DNA of 63,716 nt, counting the filler, from Ministeria vibrans ATCC 50519 (Eukaryota > Protista > Filasterea), in the NCBI GenBank assembly GCA_943704425.1. It is 8 parts of 8 records of this genome, joined end to end, with 100 filler letters (N's around TTAATTAATTAA, not from the genome) between each part and the next. Parts side by side here need not be neighbours in the genome. Positions count along the whole stretch, not along the records: positions 41,234 to 55,062 come from CALSCP010001895.1; positions 55,163 to 57,250 come from CALSCP010001312.1; positions 57,351 to 58,834 come from CALSCP010000047.1; positions 58,935 to 60,523 come from CALSCP010002080.1; positions 60,624 to 62,190 come from CALSCP010002743.1; 3 more parts are not named here. One strand, 5' to 3'. This document shows, one piece after another, positions 41,271-60,786 of this stretch. Position 1 is the stretch's first letter; each line of letters opens with the position of its first letter. Made by a program: the position numbers and the translations under genes. Below the pieces are notes generated by a model. The model did not search any database and was not told where the DNA came from. It was given only the letters and a program-made list of their open reading frames with translations.

Positions 41271-41788
41271 TCGACACACTTTGCGCATCTTCTCAATCTC
41301 AACGGGCGTCAGCACCTTGATGGCGTCATTGCGCGCCGCCTGTTCACTTGTCGGAATCGATGAGTCTGCGTAGTCGGGCCTGGCAATGGTGGCGGGCACA
41401 ACGCGCGTCGGCGAGTACGGATACGGACGAAGATCGCCGGTGAACTGAAACCAGGGCCAAGGATTCACTTTGGACGGATCGATTACTGCAACACAGAGTG
41501 GTTTTCGGGCACATGAGCACTCATACAACACCAACAACGTGTCCCGCCAACACCCTACCTGGTTGTTTGTGCTTCAACTTGTGCGCATGCTGAAATACAC
41601 AGAAAAGCAAAAAGAGGGTCAGAACACACGTTTTCTTTCTTGTACTCGTCTCTTGCCCAGTTCTTTTTGAAGCACGTCTGATCGCAGAAGAATGTAGAGG
41701 GCAGGCCTTGCTTGATGCATGTGGGGCACTGCATCTTGGCAGGCTTTTCGCACTCGTCCCCAGCGCAAATTCGCGTTGGTTTGCTCAT
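41271..41788 (-). CDS. METAP1: Methionine aminopeptidase 1, 5' part
   Basis: zf-C6H2 CAGDECEKPAKMQCPTC...FFCDQTCFKKNWHAHK; FTGDLRPYP, IARPDYA, IEKMRKVCR. Confidence 0.93.
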
Positions 41789-42338
41789 CTTTTCTGAGTT
41801 GAAGACGAAAAAAAGTGAAAGATGAAAAATGGAAAATACTCAAAAGTCAAAATGTATAGTCAATACAAATTACAATTGCCAATTAATCTATACATAATAC
41901 AAAGTAGAATAGTGTTTTGTGGCACATTGCGCTTGGTTGGGACACTGAAGGGACACTTGGGGGGTGATAGTAGACGGTAGTAAGTTATTGTATGTAGTAC
42001 CATTGGTGATTTAGTAAGATATGCGTGATACAGGTAACAGGTGCTAGACTGCTAAGTGCCAACTGTGTTTATGATGGAATACGTTGAACTAATACTGTAT
42101 GACTACTTTTTAAATTACAATTTACGATCACTCCCCAAGGCAGTCAAGTGGACTGCCCAATGAGTATCGAGTGGCAGACTGGTGTTGACAGGCTATGGTA
42201 GAGAGGGGCGAAGGTCAGAGGGAGACCTGCTTTTCTCCCTTGCAAGGGTTTGATAAGTTTGATTTCGGTTTGATCGTTTATAATTATATGCTATTCATTT
42301 TCAAAATAATTCTTAGTCATTTTATTTTCTTCTTTGAT

Positions 42339-45300
42339 ATGTCCCACTTCGAACTTGACTTTGAGGAGTTTATGGCACATACTGAGCCCGAATCCGAGCT
42401 TGGTGCGCCTCTCCCTGAGCGGTATTCCAGTCACAACAAAAAATATACATATTTCCTCCTCTCACCCTTCTTGCAACAATTTGATCTGTGACTGCTCAAC
42501 GAACACACCAATACACTAGTGTTTATCATTCTTCCACACGAGCTCGACTCAATTTCGACGAGGGCAACGCTCATTTCGATGACCTGGACATGTTCGAAGA
42601 GCTTCCTCCCCTACCGCCGCCTCTCACACCGCCCCCAATCAATCTTGTCGGTTTCCGTACGTCCCATACCCATTTGATGCTTGTTATGTATCCTGTCCAC
42701 ACCGCGCCGCACTCGAAACCAAGTCGGATGCGTCACGCTGAGAGTTTTGCGCCAAGTTTCTCAGGAAAAAAAAATTATATCTCTCCCTCAGGCACCAATG
42801 CTCAGCTACCGGCCCCAGCGCTCACCAAAGACTCTTTTCCAGTCCCGCGTACATAATCTTTATGGCTTGTTTGTCGTTCTGCTCACCATTTCTTTAGGCA
42901 AAGCGATTTCGTCGCCTCTTGTGCCATCGACTTTCCATTCGGAAAAGGCACAGCCTCCGGTGCAGCAAGACTTGCGCTCCGTCTCCAGCATACGTAAAAG
43001 AGAAAAACTAGCTCTCTCAATGTTTGACATCTAACACAACGACTAAGTAGCAAAACCGTACGACAGAATTTTCTCTGCCTTTCCCTTCTTCAACCGCATT
43101 CAGTCGGCTTGCTTTGACGAAGTACATAAAAAACCCCCCACATTCAACAAGAACAGGACAGTGTTAACGTCGCGTCTCCACTCAATGCAATACGTAGATC
43201 TTTACTCGACGTGCTCCACTTGTTCTGGGAGCCCCAACAGGCGCTGGAAAAACCGTCATCTTTGAACTGGCTATTCTCAATCAACTGATTCAGTCAGGAG
43301 GACGACCCGATTTCATCGGTTAACAAACAAATTTCTTACGTTTGTCATAAATAATTGTTGATATAATAATGGTCTTCGATACATTCTTATTATACATAGC
43401 TGTCTATGTCGCACCCATTCGAGCACTGTGCTCGGAACGCATGGAAGACTGGAATCGTCGCTTTGGTCAGCTCGGTCTGGTGTGCCAGGAGCTCACGGGT
43501 GACTCGGACATTGAAGATTATCACCTGCTGAAGCGCTCCAACATCATCTTGACAACGCCCGAAAAGTGGGACTCTATGTCACGCAAGTGGCGCGACAACC
43601 TCTCTCTGATGTACCTTGTGCGCCTCTTTATGATTGATGAAGTCCACCTGCTCAACGATCGCTCACGAGGACCCACCTTGGAGGTACTGAGAAAAAGCCA
43701 CAAAGAAGAAAACAAGCTTGGATTTTGGGGCGACGTACACTCTGACGTTATTTTCGGCTTTCTATTTTCGGCTTTCTTGCGATATTTTAGGCCATTGTGT
43801 CCCGTATGAAGACGGTTCAAAACTCCAACACATCAGCGTCGGCGCTGCTACGCTTTGTTGCCGTTTCAGCCACCATGCCGAACATCAAAGACGTAAAAAA
43901 AAACAATTAATAGAGTATTGCTTTGTTCTTTCTTGATTGGCTAGCATAACAACTTGTAGGTTGCAGAGTGGCTCGGAGTCAATTCTAGTGAACCTGCCGT
44001 TTACTTTGAGTAACAACATTAATTTTTTAGTCAACTTTGCAGGGGAACGAGCGGAAGTAATTTCAAAGACGTCATCCACTGTTTATAATGCTCTGCAGAT
44101 TTGGTGACGCCTACCGTCCTGTGACTCTCGCCACCGAGGTGTATGGCTACAATGAATCCGACGGTACGCACTACACGTTAACTACGTGTGCATCTCCACA
44201 AATTGTATTCGCCGAACTCTGATAATATACTCCGTATATACACAGACCGAAATCATTTCAAGTTTGACTCTAACCTCAATTACCGTCTAATGGACGTCAT
44301 TCTGCGACACAACGACGGAAAGCCAACACTTGTTGTAAGAAAAAAAATCTAATCGTGTTTATGCGAAATGGGTAATTGGCTCATTCATCTCTTTCAGTTC
44401 TGCTCTACTCGCAAGTCGACGCAGCAAGCCGCGTTTCGGCTCATTCAAGGTAACAATAATATTATTCTTATTAAAATTAATAATAATAATAATTGGAATC
44501 CCTTTATAGATATTCAAGGACGCCGTGAGATAGCCATGGCCATTTCAGGCTCTGTCACCGTTCGAGCAAAGTACCACGCTCTATGACAGCGCACACTCTG
44601 CAAAAAAATACTAACCTCTTTATGTACAGACGCCGAGGCTCTTCGGATGCCTTCAAAGACAAAACACTGCGCACGTATGTTGCCGACGGTGTTGCTTTTC
44701 ACCATGCTGGTCTCTCGTTTGAAGACAGACGTTTGCTCGAGACACTCTTTCGCAACGGCGACATTCCCATCCTCTGTACGACCTTTGCATCAACAATAAT
44801 AATAATAATTATTATTATTATTAATTTATTCCGCTTTTTATTTGTTTGTATCATTTTTTTGCAGGCTGCACGTCCACTCTTGCCATGGGAGTTAATCTCC
44901 CTGCCCACTTGGTTGTCATCAAGGGCACTATGGGCTACGAAGATGGCCAGGCATGCTTACAAACTTCATGAGAGACAACAACAAGACTCGTAAAATATAA
45001 TAATAATTCATATATTGTTTTGTGTTGCAGACCCAAGAATACGAACATCACAAAGTGCTTCAAATGATGGGACGTGCTGGGCGTCCACAGGTACGCTGAA
45101 TCAATGACGCAAATTAATATAAAATACCGTCATAATTCATTTTATTATTATTGTTTGGTGATATTATTCGTATTTATTATATTTTTGTTATTGTTCCCCT
45201 ACGTATAAATCCTAAACGACTCTACTAATTATATTTCTACTCAAGACTTCCTTTTCATTTTTCCTAGTTATAAGAACAATATTAATTTTTAATAATTATA

Positions 45301-46123
45301 TTAATTGCATTATCATTAAACTTTGATGCTTCTTGTCTTTAGTACGACACAACAGCCACGGCTGTGATAATGACAAGTCGTAACACTCGTCAAGAGTACG
45401 AGACGCTTGCCGCTGGTCAGCTGTCGCTCGAGAGTCAGTAAGACGAGAAGAATTTTGACACAATCTACGTATTACCACTTTGGCCTTACCGGTGTATTAA
45501 TTATTGAATTTTATCTCTCTCTCTATCACTTTGTTTCTTTCTCCCTCCTCTCTCTCTCTCTATCACTTTGTTTCTTTCTCCCTCCTCTCTCTCTCTGTCT
45601 TTTTCTCTCTCCTTACGTTTCACTGCAATGAATTGTAGCCTTCGCTCCAATCTTGTTGAGGTGAGAGAAAACACCCGAAAATAATTATACTAAGTATATT
45701 TCGTCCCAGCATCTCAACGCTGAAGTTGTTTTGGGCACCATCACGGACGTGACCATTGCTCTCGAATGGATCAAAACTACCTTTTTCTATCAGCGAGTCA
45801 AAAGTGACCCCAGTACGTCGGGTTTTTTCTGTCGTTGTGAAGATGCCAAAAAAAAAAAACGCTGCTCTTTGAACGCTGTAGAAACCTATGGTCTCCAACC
45901 TGGCCTGTCTCAACGGGAACTTGAACATCGCTTGCAAGATTTGTGCATGAAGAACATCAACGTAAAAATAGGAAATAATTATTATAATAATAAATAATTA
46001 TAAAATTAAACTGATGTACATGACGTAGGAACTTTGCGCCATTGAATTGATCAAAATGGACGAAGAAATTTTGTCGCTCGAGTCCACTGGTATCAAAAAA
46101 TATTATATCGATAATGCCAATAG

Positions 46124-46162
<39 letters not shown>

Positions 46163-47562
46163 AATAATTATTATTATTATTATTTCTATCATTGATCTTA
46201 ATTATTGTACAATATTACCCCTCGACGTCGACGTTGTAGACTCGGGCCGCTTGATGGCACGCCACCTCGTTAAGTTTGAAACCATGAAGAGGTTTGCTGA
46301 AGAAGTCTCTCCGACCATGTCATGCCCAGAACTCGTAAGTCGAATCGGAAGTATTCTATTTTGATATGGAAGAAATGATTTTCTATAATGATGTGCACTC
46401 AGCTTGCCATGGTGAGCAAATGCAAAGAGTTCGACGACCTTCGCCCGCGCATGAACGAACGAAAAACTCTCAATACCTTGAACAACTCCAAAGAGATGCA
46501 CGTCAGGTAGAGGAAGAGCAATCGTTGTCAACAGATCAAACAAAAACACTAACGCTATTAACATTAATTTTATTATAATAATATTATTATTATTAATAAT
46601 CCTTTTTTATCTTAATAATTAGATACCCACTTAAAGGAAAAATCACCACAAGTGAGGCAAAAATTAATTGCCTTGTCCAAGCAACGTTGGGTGCGCTTCC
46701 TCTCGAGGACTTCACGCTGGCCAACGACCGTGACCGTGTCTTTCGCGTCGGTACCCGTCTCACAAAGTGCCTTGCGGAGTACATGGTCCAGCGAAGTGCT
46801 CCTTGCTCGGTTCTCCTTGCCGCCGTTGTTCTTGCCAAGTGCTTTCGCGCCCGTCTCTGGGAAAACAGCGTCTTTGTCAGTCGTCAGCTGGAGCGCATTG
46901 GTAAACAAAAAAAAGTGTTTAGAAATGCGCGTTTTCTTATCGACTGCTGTATTTAGGTGAGCGCCTCAGTGGCCAGCTGGTTGCTGGTCAAATGACATCA
47001 CTACAGAGCATTTTGGATGCTCAGCCTTCCACGCTTGATCTCGTACGTATACGAACAAACAACTTTCGTGTTCCAAAGCAAAAGCAAGACCACCCTCAAA
47101 TTAAATACTGACATTCTTGTTCAGATTTGCTCCCGCAACCCACCATTTGGAATCAACCTCAAAGCTTCCGCCGCCAAGATTCCGCACTGTGTTCTCACCG
47201 TGTCACAGGTAAATTTAATAATAATAAAATAATAATAATAATAATAATAATAATAATTATTATTATTATTAATATTATTAAAAATAATATTAACGATCTA
47301 TCGCAATCTTTGCCCAGTGCTTTGGACGCACCGAACACCTCAGCGAAATTCTAATCAAGGTCTCGCTGGCTCCTGGCCCTCATCGAATTGATCCCTCCCA
47401 AATGACAGCCAAGTGGTTCACCTTACTTGTCGGTGACAAACGCAACAACGTCCTGTTCTTCAAACATATCAAGTAACAAAATACTGTGTACTGACTAGAA
47501 GAACAATAATAATAACAATAACAATAACAACAACAACAATAATAATAATAATAATAAAATAA

Positions 47563-47599
<37 letters not shown>

Positions 47600-48634
47600 T
47601 TATTATAATAATTATTATTTTTTTAATATTATAGTACAATTCCTCCACAATTCTTAATTCAATTTTTATGGCATTGTAGTGTCACCTACAACCCGGAAGG
47701 CTGGACCAAGCGCCTCGAAGTGAACCAAACAAAAACAGATTCAGACGTTGCCATTTACCTCATCAACGGCTCTGTGGGTATGATAATTTCCAGCCCAAGA
47801 GCCAGTCTTCATCTTAATTATTAACTATTCTTTTTTTTTTTGGTTTTAGTCGGAGTTGACTTGTTTACGTCCGTGAGCGTGCGCTACGCGGCTGCTTCCT
47901 CGTCGGGCTCTGGCTCAACGTCGTCAATTGTAACCGGTCGAAAGTTCTCGCTGACGACAGACGTGTGGGACTCCGGCAAAGACGACCAGAGTGCGCCATC
48001 TTCATCTCAGACGCGTGCCAAAAAGGTCACCAAGAAAAAGGAGCGCAAGACGTCAGACGCAGCTTCCACCTCTACCGCCAACGTTAAGTCCACTGTCGCG
48101 TCGTTAACTGCACGCTCGTCGGCTGCTCCAACCAAGTCTACAAGTGCAACACCCTCTCGTAAACGACCCGCCGCTCTCGATGAAATGCAAGACCGCATGC
48201 GTCCCCTTCAGTCGGCGACGGATCATGTCAAGCGAATTAGGTACGAGCCAACTGCAATCAAAATAATAATAATAAGAAGAAGAAGAAGAATATAATAATA
48301 ATAATAATAATAAGAAGAAGAATAATAATATAAATTATTAGTAATAATTATTATTATTATTATTATTATAATTATTTTATTATATTTTTAATTCTTCCCT
48401 GTTTCTTCCTTGGTATATATGTAGGCCCACCATAGACTCACCTGTGACACAGTCCTATCAAGACATGAGTAGAAGCTACGGTACGGGTGCTCCGGTGCCG
48501 TCATCGTCGTCGGCCGCTCCATTTGGCGAGTCTCTGCAGCAATTCACCTACGACCGTCGTATGTCGCCCGCAACACCATACTCGTCCTTTACCACCACCA
48601 CCACCGACACTACCACCACGGCAGCAGCAGCAGC

Positions 48635-48680
<46 letters not shown>

Positions 48681-49035
48681 GCAAGTTCACCTTGCGGCAA
48701 CATCGCTTTGCTCCAGAGCCCCTCTCCGAACTCGGTGGTGCCCGACCTGTCTCTCACCATGTCGGCTCCCCCAGCGTCTGCTCCTCCTCCCACTCAACCT
48801 TCAATGCGTGTTGTTCCCACCACCTCTCATGATCAATTGCCCATTGCAGGTCGTTCGCGCTCTTACAACGCTGTCCACCTCCAACCGCAAATCAAACCAA
48901 AAATGGTGCCCATTTTCGGGTATTAAAATTACAATTAGAGTGCTTCTTTTTCCTTCTGATATTTGTTTTGCATGTAGCGCAAACGACAACAGTGACGTCT
49001 TCATGTCCCTCGACAACATTTTTTCTTCTCTCTAA
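42339..49035 (+). CDS. HFM1: Meiotic DExH helicase MER3/HFM1 (about 30 small exons)
   Basis: FNRIQS, APTGAGKT, TTPEKWDSMSRKWRDN, IDEVHLL, GVAFHHAGL, GVNLPAHLVVIKGT, QMMGRAGRPQ, plus a Sec63 region. Confidence 0.9.
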
Positions 49036-49080
49036 TACAATATCAAAAAGAGTCTACTCTGTGTGTGTGTGTGTGTGTGG

Positions 49081-50718
<1,638 letters not shown>

Positions 50719-50802
50719 CTAGAAAATTCAGGACTAAATCACAAAGAATTTTTTTACTTTTCAAAGTTCAAACAAACTAACTTTCTTTTATCAATCTTGT
50801 GA

Positions 50803-54907
<4,105 letters not shown>

Positions 54908-55532
54908 TCGCATTTCCTCTTCTCTTTTTGTACATAGTTTCTACTACAATATTGGTATCAAGCCGCTGGTACCTTTGGAAATAAGAGTGTTTGGATGTCA
55001 TTGGAATGTCATTTTCTATCATTGTTCATTCGTCAAATACCCAAGACATTTTAAGCCCCCCCNNNNNNNNNNNNNNNNNNNNNNNNNNNNNNNNNNNNNN
55101 NNNNNNTTAATTAATTAANNNNNNNNNNNNNNNNNNNNNNNNNNNNNNNNNNNNNNNNNNNNAGAGCAAAAAAAAAAAAAAAAAAAACATGCCGTACCGT
55201 CCCGCAGGGACTTTAGCGTCTTCATCCTGCTGTTATTATGTCCCTAACTTAAAAGGCGACTAGTGAAGAAATAAAAAAATATTTGAAATAATAATAATTT
55301 TGATATTTTGATTACATTTTTGATTAATTATGGTACTCTCCGGCACTCTCCGACTCTCCGTAGTCCGTTATTGACTTATTGTTTGTAACTCGTAGGAATA
55401 GTGGAGCGTGGACGACTGTTCTCGTTGACGTAAATGTGTATGTGTGAAATATTTTGATCAGTGGCCTGTTTGAAACTTTGAGTAAAAACTAAAATGAAAT
55501 CAAAAAAAAAATCACTTCTTTCTTCACAAACC

Positions 55533-56752
55533 ATGAGTGAACTACCCGACTTGGGAAAACACTGCGGTGTTGCGTCGTGCAACCAGTTGGATTTCCTGCC
55601 GATGCGATGTGACATTTGCTGTGCGAACTTTTGTGCCACACATCATCCTGTGGGCGTCCACGCCTGCCCTGGCCAGTCCACAGCAACCACCGACGTCCGT
55701 GTGCCAGTTTGTCCAGTCTGCGACCAGCCTGTGCCGGTAAATCGAGGCGAGGATCCCAACAGAAAGGTAAAATGCGAACCTTCGCGATTGTCGTTTGCGC
55801 CGTCTTCTTTTGAGCGTTCTGCACACCGTCCATCGCCCACCCCCCGCCCCACCTGGTGTCTGTGTGCATTGTGCATACGTGTCTGAGAATACCCGCTTGC
55901 CGTGCGCTCGTGGCGTTGCCTTTCACGGCTTTGTGTCTGGGTCGACTGAGTCTTGTACATCTCGGCCGAACTTCTCTTGCCATTTTCCGCGTTTCACACA
56001 GGTTTCGCGGGTTTCATATGTTCGACGCATCCGCACCGCACCACGCACACCAAGGGGGAGGGATGCGCGTACTACCTGCTAGTACGCCACGGCTGCAGTT
56101 GTCATTTTTGTTTGACTCTATTGCACCTCTATTGCACTCACACGCTCCTTCTTATTGTTATTATTGTTAGATGGATGAGCACATTTCGTCGGGATGCGTC
56201 TCACCAAAGGCCGCCAGAACGTATGAAAATGCATGCTCCAAGCCAAAGTGCAAGAATCGCGAAGCCATTCGTATCAATTGTCCCACTTGCAAGCAACAGT
56301 TTTGTCTCACACATCGATTCGAGTCGGCACATGCGTGTCCCGGCAAAGCCAATGCTGCCGCTGCTGCAGCACAACGAAGACAACAACAGCAACGTGTGGA
56401 CCGTGAACGACAATTAGAGCGCCAGGCAAAGCTGAGACAACAACAACAGCAACAACAACAGAGACAGTCTCGCGGTCCAACCCGGCCCCAACAGACGCAT
56501 TTGTCGCATGTGGGTCGTGATTTGAATGCAGAAAGGGCCACACGTGTACAACAACAACAACAACAACAACAACAGCAGCGGAGCGTGCCAGTGGCAACCT
56601 CTGGTGCCGTGCCACCACCCGAGGCGACGCCAGGTCACCCCCACTACAACGAAGACGCTGCTCTTGCATGGGCTCTGCAGCAGTCTGTCGACATGACACG
56701 ACCCCATCGAACAGAACCCCAACCGGAGCAGCAGAGTTGCGATGTGATGTAA
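55533..56752 (+). CDS. ZFAND2B: AN1-type zinc finger protein 2 (AIRAP-like) with UIM and CaaX
   Basis: ELPDLGKHC...CNQLDFLP, VRVPVCPVC, QFCLTHRFESAHAC, EDAALAWALQQS (UIM), ends CDVM. Confidence 0.92.
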
Positions 56753-56881
56753 TCAAGCGAAGAGAAGAGAAGAGAGTGAGAAAGAGACGCTGTAAAAAAA
56801 CCCCCATATAATATTGTTTTGGTTTCTTCAAAAATACAACACACCGGTGCACCAAGCCACTCGCAGAAGATTCCGTTTGAC

Positions 56882-57185
56882 TTAAGAGATCATAGAAATG
56901 ACGGCGGGTGCTAGAGGAAGAGGGAGGGTGAGCGAAATTCACAGTTGAAAAAAATGACAGGAATGAGCAAAGCGCACGAGATTTCAAAAAGAGAGCGTAT
57001 GGGGTTGATTGCGAAGGACGCGGTGGCAAGGCAGGTGCCACGGTGGACACAGGTGGAGAGATCGAAGGCGACGGGGGCGGCGTACCGAGACGAAGGACGG
57101 CACAGAAGACGACATAGAGACGAATGTTCGAATGGACGTCCTCACGGCGGAGGGCGATTTCCTCGGGGCTCACATCGGGCATCAT
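56882..57185 (-). CDS. TOMM5: Mitochondrial import receptor subunit TOM5 (2 exons)
   Basis: MMPDVSPEEIALRREDVHSNIRLYVVFCAVLRLAPAVISMIS, matching PEE...REDV.S.IR.F.....LLR..P. Confidence 0.8.
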
Positions 57186-57350
57186 ATTGAACTGTGAAGT
57201 GTGTTACAGTGACTAGTGAGTAAGATTGAAATTATGAAATAAATTATAAANNNNNNNNNNNNNNNNNNNNNNNNNNNNNNNNNNNNNNNNNNNNTTAATT
57301 AATTAANNNNNNNNNNNNNNNNNNNNNNNNNNNNNNNNNNNNNNNNNNNN

Positions 57351-57383
<33 letters not shown>

Positions 57384-57387
57384 GAAC

Positions 57388-57579
57388 CTTCAATTGTGAG
57401 CCCTTGCCGGCCCTAGCGGCTTTCTCGGCGTTCTTCTGTCTTGCCATCTACGAGCGTGTGGAGTACCATAGAGTTGAGGGGGGTATTGAGGGCAAACGGG
57501 ACGAGAGGGAGGGTGTTTGCGAGGCGAGAAGAGTGACATGAGCTCTTACCGCAGATTTCTGTGCATTGCCGCCACCCAT
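57388..57579 (-). CDS. Small 4F5/zf-met2 family protein (ZNF706/At2g23090-like), 5' part
   Basis: MGGGNAQKSA-MARQKNAEKAARAGKGSQLK. Confidence 0.8.
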
Positions 57580-57765
57580 TGTTGATGATGATACTGTGAG
57601 AGTGGGAGAGGAATATGGGACAAAGAAAAAAAAAGTTAAAAGTGGTGGCGAGTGGCGAGCGCAGTGAGTGCCACACTGTTTTCCCAAGAGCGAGTGATCT
57701 TTGATTTTCCAATTTGACAATAATAATCATACTTGTTCTGACTTCTCTCCAAAAGCGTTTCGTCA

Positions 57766-58682
57766 TGGCTAGCCTCACCTCCGGTGCCATTATGGTATGT
57801 ATGCGTGTGTCACTACACTACTGCTGCGCCCACCGCCCTCATCTTTTCATTTGTTGGTTTTGTCTTTCATTTTTCGTTTTGGCGCGAAACACGAATCGAA
57901 CGAAACTTGCAAATGCGCTGACCAGCCGCTCGCGGGCCTTGTTGCGCTACCCCACCTCTATATACCTAAGACATGTGTTCCGTCTGCACCTTTTCCGTCT
58001 TCTTTGCACGCTTGACATTCGTGTGGCGACCAAAAAACCGTTCTTGCAACAATTCCTTCTGTCTTTTTCTCTCAATCTCTCTCTCTCTCTCTCTCTCCCT
58101 CTCTTTTTCTGATCTTTCCATGTATTGCCAGGCTATGATTAGGAAGGAAGACGTCACGGACCCCGTCCTGCAAGTGATTGGGTAAGACAGAGTATTGCAA
58201 GAGAGAGAGAGAACAATCCAATCTTCTCACTATTCGCTTACTTTCCCTATTCGCCACTTTCCAGAATGCGTCGAATTCCTAACACTGCCGCTGGCCAAAG
58301 CGATCGCTGGAGGTACGCCTTGGTGACTCTTTCTCCATCCTGCTGCTCTTCAACGCCCTTTTATTTGTTTGTGTTCTGTCTTTTCTTTTTTAGACTGCTT
58401 GTCTCTGATGGCGAGGTCATTCAGCCTTCAGCCATGCTCACTACACAGTTGAACCCCATTGTGGACGAAGGAGAGATTGTCAAGGTTCGTATTAATTTCT
58501 TCCGTTTTTTTCGTCTTTTTTTTGCACTGCTAAACGTGTCTCATTCGCGTTTTAGAACTCAATTGTTCGCCTAAAGAAATTCTTTGTCAACCAAGTGTCG
58601 GATCGTCCCGTGTTTATCATCCTTGCTCTGGAGGTCGTTCAAAAGGAAGCCTCCAAGATTGGCAACCCGGTCGAGTTCAAGA
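57766..58682 (+). CDS. RPA1: Replication protein A 70 kDa subunit, N-terminal OB fold (partial)
   Basis: LTSGAI, PVLQVI, DRWRLLVSDG, AMLTTQLN, IILALEVV...KIGNP. Confidence 0.92.
57878..57889. promoter_or_regulatory. E2F-type site TTTGGCGCGAAA in RPA1 intron 1
   Basis: Exact reverse complement of the classical TTTCGCGCCAAA site, in an S-phase gene. Confidence 0.45.
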
Positions 58683-58733
58683 GTACGTTTCTGTCTTTTA
58701 TAGTAATAATAATAATTTTAATAATAATAATAA

Positions 58734-58834
<101 letters not shown>

Positions 58835-58934
58835 NNNNNNNNNNNNNNNNNNNNNNNNNNNNNNNNNNNNNNNNNNNNTTAATTAATTAANNNNNNNNNN
58901 NNNNNNNNNNNNNNNNNNNNNNNNNNNNNNNNNN

Positions 58935-60481
58935 CCGTCGCCGCAGCAGCAGCCGCTGCCCCCGCGGGGGGTTCTGGTGTAAAAAGTGAAGCGATAGAGC
59001 GGAAGAATGAACGAAACAAAACAAAAAAATCATCAGAGGTCTTACGTGAATACGGCGCTGCAGTCGTTCGTTGAGTTCAAGCAGTTCGCGATTCATGTCC
59101 GACAATTGCATCAGTTTGGTACTAAACTGGTCCAGTTGGCGACGGTCCTCTTCGTTGTCCACCTCGGTCCCGTCGCCCGCCAGAGCGGCCGTGAGACTCT
59201 TGCGCCCACCGCCATCCATGGACGCCGTACTTCCTTCCCTGGCACCCAAATCATTGAGACGACTCTGCAGACGATACGATTCGGCCTTAAGACGGTCTAC
59301 TTCGGCGCGCAACCGGGAGTTCTCGTCGGCGACACGCTCAGCGGACGCCGTCTCCTCCTCAAGACGCTGCTGTGTCTCCTGGTAGTGCTCCTCAAGGCTG
59401 TTCTTGCGTCTTGTCACCGCCATGACCACTTGGCGCAGGTCATCGGCCGACATGCTGGTGCCACCGGCCGCAGCGCCCGCTGGCAACAGCGACGACACAC
59501 TCGACGACGACGCCTGACGCGAGTGTCCGCGACTCGCAATACCCGACCGCATAAACGCGGGTCGTTCGCCATTGCTGCGCACTCCACCACTCACAGTAAT
59601 GTCCTGAATAGAATGGGGCCGCTGGTAGGTGCCCAGACGAGCCGCATTGATTGCTACACTAGCAGCCGCAGCTGCACCGCGTGTTTGTTGCAGAATCGAT
59701 GCAAAGTCAACGTCGGAGGAGGCAACTGGCTCGGCCGTTGCTGACGCAGTCGTCGTCGTTGTAGTCGTAGTCGAGGTGGTGGTGGCGGCGGCGGCGGCGA
59801 TGGGAGCGCCGGAGGGTATGACGTCTGTGGTTGTGTAGGATGACGATGATGAGCGAGAGGACGCGGACGATTTGGCCGAGGGTCCCCAGGAAGACGATGA
59901 CGCAAAGGACGGCTCGGGAGACGAGATGGCAACTGAATCGGGCGACGCAGGTTCGACAAAGTCCCCTGTCGTCTCGGGCAAGTCTGCCTCCGTGATGGTT
60001 CGTGCGTGCTCTCGAATAACCGATAAGTCATTAGAGCGCCCGTCTTGTTCTTCTGCCCCTTCCCCTTCTTGCTCTTCCTCCATCTCTTCATTCTCATCCG
60101 CGTCCTCTTCTCCTCCCACTGCCGTCTCTTTCATCGCAACAGCACAGGGCTCTCCATCACCAACTACAGACGCACCAGTAAGACCAACCTCGGGGGAAGT
60201 TGCCTGCACAGAAGTAGAGGCGCGTTCATCACCACTGGCATCGTCGTCAGCCTCGTCGTCGAGGGTCCCATCAAAGTCAGCACTGAGGGAAGAACGCATG
60301 CGCCCTACGCCCATGTCGATGGTGGACGCAGGACGCCCACGGCTGCCCATGGCCCCACCACCACCCAGAGACGACGATGACGAGGACGGGCGCGAGCGCG
60401 GTGGAGCACTCAGACGAGACCCAGCTGGCATTGGTAGGTCACTGTCGTCCTCGGAAAGAACCATCAGAGGACGAGTCGATC
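58935..60481 (-). CDS. SNX29: Sorting nexin 29 (RUNDC2)-like, internal fragment
   Basis: MSADDLRQVVMAVTRRKNSLEE and KLMQLSDMNRELLELNERLQR match the SNX29 coiled-coil signatures. Confidence 0.7.
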
Positions 60482-60623
60482 CTGAGAAGAAAAAAAAAAA
60501 AAAAACAACAAAAAAAAAACACANNNNNNNNNNNNNNNNNNNNNNNNNNNNNNNNNNNNNNNNNNNNTTAATTAATTAANNNNNNNNNNNNNNNNNNNNN
60601 NNNNNNNNNNNNNNNNNNNNNNN

Positions 60624-60731
<108 letters not shown>

Positions 60732-60786
60732 GAATCAATTTATTGCATTAACTTCGTTTTCTTCTCTTTGTTTTCTACTGCTTAGG

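Noticed and set aside
40134-41788. Single gene joining the METAP1 5' part to the downstream exons
   Set aside because: Downstream exons are LanC-like, not MetAP catalytic domain, and an assembly spacer lies between
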